DNA from: Anaerolineae bacterium
GTDB lineage: Bacteria; Chloroflexota; Anaerolineae; J102
Length of the DNA: 31,877 nt
NCBI GenBank assembly: GCA_026992375.1
Contig: JALXAF010000525.1
Span: 1 to 31,877, forward strand
Reading direction: 5' to 3'
How positions within the stretch are numbered: the stretch's first letter is position 1; the number at the start of each line of letters is the position of its first letter. The notes under the pieces are model-generated. The model did not search any database, was not told the DNA's origin, and saw only the letters and a list, made by a program, of their open reading frames with translations. Positions 28,928-31,877 of the stretch are shown here, one piece after another. The position numbers and the translations under genes were made by a program.

Positions 28928-29045
28928 AAATGGAACGCAGAAACCTCTGATGTACACAGTGCACACAGATTTTCGCAGATTGTTTTGATTTTATCTGTTT
29001 TTATCTGCGTAGATCAGCCTTTTCTGCGTCATCTGCGTTCTATTT
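28928..29045. repeat. Family G palindromic repeat (complete), between convergent genes
   Basis: AAATGGAACGCAG ... CTGCGTTCTATTT IR; the right arm matches 2398-2461. Confidence 0.8.
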
Positions 29046-29059
29046 ACAGAACAGCCATC

Positions 29060-29995
29060 TCAGAAAAGCATCAAAATCCCGCCAATCAGACCCGAAACCA
29101 CCGTGGCTAGGTAGATGACGATGGACATAGCGAACGCGGCCTCGGCGGGAACGCCCACCTGGGTGTAAAGCCCCACATAGCTCAACTCCCGCACACCGAT
29201 GCCGCCAATGCTGGGAATGAGCAGGGCCAGAGAGACCAGTGGGGTGAAAACCAGATAATCCAGCAGTGAAGCCTGCACGTCCAGAGAAAGCCCCGCAGTG
29301 ATGTTGACCAGAATCCACACCAGGTTGAAAATCAGCGAGACGCCGACGGCCCGCAGCAGGGTGGGGCCGTCGTAATCCTGCAGAGCCATATAGAGCGAGC
29401 GCAGGCTTTCCATGCCTTCAATGCGGCGGCGAAACCCGGCGGGAAGCAAGCGCAGGGCCTGCCTGTGTAGCCAGCGCATCCAGTTTTTTTGGCGCAGCGC
29501 CCAAAAGGCCGCCAGCGCGCCGAAAAAGGCCAACAGCACGAATATCTGCATCCAGAAGCTGATGCTGGCCCGGCTCAAAGGCGCGGCCAGCGCGCCGATG
29601 CCCAGCAGCACTAGAATCCCCAGGAATCGATCCAGCGCCACCGTGCCCACGGCCCCGCCCGGGTCGTCCGTCTCACGGGCCAGATACACGCTTTTGGCCA
29701 CATCGCCCCCAAAGCCGGTGGGCAGCACCGTATTGAAAAAAGCGCCGATGTAGTACCATCGATTCAGTCGCCAGAAGGACACGCCCATGCCCCGAGCGTT
29801 GGTCAGCGTCTGCCAGCGCCATGCGCGCAGCGGGATGCTAAACGCGAAGAGGAGGAGGGTCGCGGCCAGCAACCAGGGATTGGCCCGAGCCAGATTCTGC
29901 ACCAGGGCATGGACATCGATGCGGCTGAGCAGAAACAGGATCAGGCCCAGGCTGATGGCGACCTTGACCAGGATTTTGGCGTGTTTTTTCGGCAT
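29060..29995 (-). CDS. Lysylphosphatidylglycerol synthase TM-domain (flippase-like, UPF0104) protein
   Basis: LRAWRW, IGAFFNTVLPTGFGGD, DRFLG, PSIGGIGVRE; multiple TM helices. Confidence 0.9.
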   Translation of the reverse strand: MPKKHAKILVKVAISLGLILFLLSRIDVHALVQNLARANPWLLAATLLLFAFSIPLRAWRWQTLTNARGMGVSFWRLNRWYYIGAFFNTVLPTGFGGDVAKSVYLARETDDPGGAVGTVALDRFLGILVLLGIGALAAPLSRASISFWMQIFVLLAFFGALAAFWALRQKNWMRWLHRQALRLLPAGFRRRIEGMESLRSLYMALQDYDGPTLLRAVGVSLIFNLVWILVNITAGLSLDVQASLLDYLVFTPLVSLALLIPSIGGIGVRELSYVGLYTQVGVPAEAAFAMSIVIYLATVVSGLIGGILMLF

Positions 29996-30019
29996 GGAGG
30001 CGAAGCGATTAGCGCCTTA

Positions 30020-30135
30020 ATCAATGGAATACTGGCCCACTGGGCAAGAGAATGTCTCACGCAAAGACGCAGAGCCGCAAAGAAAAAAGAGGCAAAGAAA
30101 AACTTGGCGCATTGGCGTCTTTGTGTGAGATCAGC
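30020..30135. repeat. Family F palindromic repeat, copy 2
   Basis: Near-identical to 12297-12412. Confidence 0.9.
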
Positions 30136-30159
30136 TTTTTTGGTTCCGACTTGTCTGGG

Positions 30160-31542
30160 TTAGGAATCCGCCAGCACTTTGCCGGGGTTGAGGATGCCGT
30201 TGGGGTCCAGCGTCCGCTTGAGCTGGCGCATCACCTCCAGCGCAGGGCCATGCTCTTTGGCCATGAATTTCTGCTTGCCCAGACCCACGCCGTGCTCGCC
30301 CGTACTGGTGCCTTCCAGCGTCAGGGCCAGCGATACGAACGCGTCGTTGAAGGCCATCGCCCGCTCCCGGGCTGCGGCGTCGTCGGGCGGGTAGAAGATG
30401 ATGGTATGGATGTTGCCATCGCCGGCGTGTCCCAGCAGACTGCCCGTCATCCCCATTTGCCGCATCAGCTCCGCGGTGCGGGCGATGAGCGCGGGATAGT
30501 TGGAGATGGGCACGGACGCATCGCCCACCAGGAAATCCTGGCCCGCAAAATAGCGTACGTGGGTTTCGAAAAGATGATGGCGGGCGTGCCATAGCCGGGC
30601 CCGCTCCTGTCGGCCTACGCCCGAATCGAAGCTCAATGCGTCATGCTCCTGGCAGATGTCCCGCACCAGGGCCATGCTCTCGGCCAGAGCAGCCTCGTTG
30701 CTGGCCGAAAACTCCATGAACAGAGTGGGTTTTTCGGGGAAATCGATGTTGGGATCGGTGTTGAGGACGCGAATCGCGGTCGCGTCCAGCAGCTCCAGCG
30801 CCGAGGGCTCCAGGCCCGCGCCGATGATGTCGAACACGGTCTCGGCCGCGTCCGCAACGGTGGGAAAAGCGGCCACCGCGGCGCTGATGTGCGCGGGAAT
30901 GGGCGCGAGTTTGAGGGTGGCCTCGGTGATGACGCCCAGTGTGCCCTCGGAGCCCACGAAGAGATGGGTGAGGTCGTAGCCCGAGCTTTGTTTGACCGAA
31001 CGGGAGCCGGTGTGGATGACGCGGCCATCGGCCAGAACCACCTCCAGGGCCAGGACGTTATCTCGGGTGGCGCCGTATTTCACGGTGCGAATGCCCGCGG
31101 CGTTGTTGGCCAACATGCCGCCGATGCTGGCGTTGGCCCCGGGATCAGGTGCGAAAAAGAGGCCGTGGCGGGCGAGGATTTTGTTCATATCCTTGTAGAG
31201 CGTGCCCGGCTGCACCGTCACCTGAAAATCCCGATCATGGATGGCCAGGATGCGATCCATGCGGCTGAGATCCAGGACGACGCCCCCGCGGACGGGAATG
31301 GGGTTGCCCTCGATGCTGGTGCCCGCGCCCCAGGGCGTGACGGGAACTCGGGCTTCATTGGCCACGCGCAGCGTGGCGCTGACCTCCTCGGTCGTCAGCG
31401 GCCAGACCACCGCGTCGGGCAAATGGGCCTCGTGCGCGGATTGATCACGGGCGTGTTGGGCGAGAATGGACCGGACCAGGCTGATGCGCTCGGGCGGGTA
31501 GATGGTTTGGAGTTGGGTGATGACGTGGTTGAGAATAGCCAT
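30160..31542 (-). CDS. FAD-binding oxidoreductase, GlcD/D-lactate dehydrogenase-like
   Basis: P.AVVWP, GAGTSIEG, FAPDPG, SIGGMLANNAAG, GSEGTLGVITE, GHAGDGNIH, GEHGVG, DPNGILNPGK. Start set to MAILN. Confidence 0.92.
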   Translation of the reverse strand: MAILNHVITQLQTIYPPERISLVRSILAQHARDQSAHEAHLPDAVVWPLTTEEVSATLRVANEARVPVTPWGAGTSIEGNPIPVRGGVVLDLSRMDRILAIHDRDFQVTVQPGTLYKDMNKILARHGLFFAPDPGANASIGGMLANNAAGIRTVKYGATRDNVLALEVVLADGRVIHTGSRSVKQSSGYDLTHLFVGSEGTLGVITEATLKLAPIPAHISAAVAAFPTVADAAETVFDIIGAGLEPSALELLDATAIRVLNTDPNIDFPEKPTLFMEFSASNEAALAESMALVRDICQEHDALSFDSGVGRQERARLWHARHHLFETHVRYFAGQDFLVGDASVPISNYPALIARTAELMRQMGMTGSLLGHAGDGNIHTIIFYPPDDAAARERAMAFNDAFVSLALTLEGTSTGEHGVGLGKQKFMAKEHGPALEVMRQLKRTLDPNGILNPGKVLADS

Positions 31543-31591
31543 GATTTTTTGGGGAATGAATGCAGATTGCATGTGTAACCGTGAATGCTGA

Positions 31592-31678
31592 AGCCGCCGT
31601 CAGGCGACATGCCAGAGGCGTAAAACGTCAAGCGTCAAACGTCATTCAGTTGTAACGATGCCAAGGCCCATTGTAGGA
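31592..31678. repeat. Free relative of the MITE D interior (CGTCAAA heptamer module)
   Basis: AGCCGCC..CAGGCGACATGCCA...CGTCAAG..TCAAACGTCA...CCATTGTAGGA is collinear with 21283-21362, without D termini. Confidence 0.7.
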
Positions 31679-31797
31679 CGTTCAGCAATTTCAAATTTGG
31701 TTCGGAGACAAGCCCCCTCCCGGCTTCCCCTAGCAAGGCGTCAGTCGAAGCGGGGGAGGAGCCCATCGCTTTGCCAATTTGTGTAGCAGATGGGCGT

Positions 31798-31851
31798 CTC
31801 CCTCCCCCGAACACGAGCGCAGCGAGTATCGGGGGAGGGGCGGGGTGGGGG
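31798..31851. repeat. REP-like CCCTCCCCC...GGGGGAGGG hairpin repeat, copy 2
   Basis: 31798-31839 is identical to 159-200; a looser relative sits at about 31705-31762. Confidence 0.85.
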
Positions 31852-31877
31852 CAAAAGGAGGCCGGGAGGTGTGAAAT

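Overview
GC-rich bacterial chromosomal segment, probably Chloroflexota (Anaerolineae/Caldilineae-like; inferred from the NBR1-Ig lipoprotein, PT-rich linkers and gene content). It carries about 24 mostly housekeeping genes: dtd, topA, dprA, pta, hisE, ligA, a 39-aa Thx/bS31 ribosomal protein hidden inside a spurious longer ORF, a radical SAM/SPASM enzyme, a PGM1-like ATP-grasp ligase, a class III aminotransferase, a cyclodeaminase, an FAD oxidoreductase and several membrane proteins. I saw no rRNA, tRNA, CRISPR array or transposase. The most unusual signal is intergenic. Four families of gene-less miniature inverted-repeat elements (here called A-D) have readable terminal inverted repeats (TIRs) and exact target-site duplications (TSDs). 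They are nested inside each other at 20878-21492 and 25726-26157, so the insertion order can be reconstructed. Each carries an internal short palindromic or 7-nt-periodic module whose relatives also occur free elsewhere in the window. All alignments were done by eye; family names come from motif recognition, not database searches.
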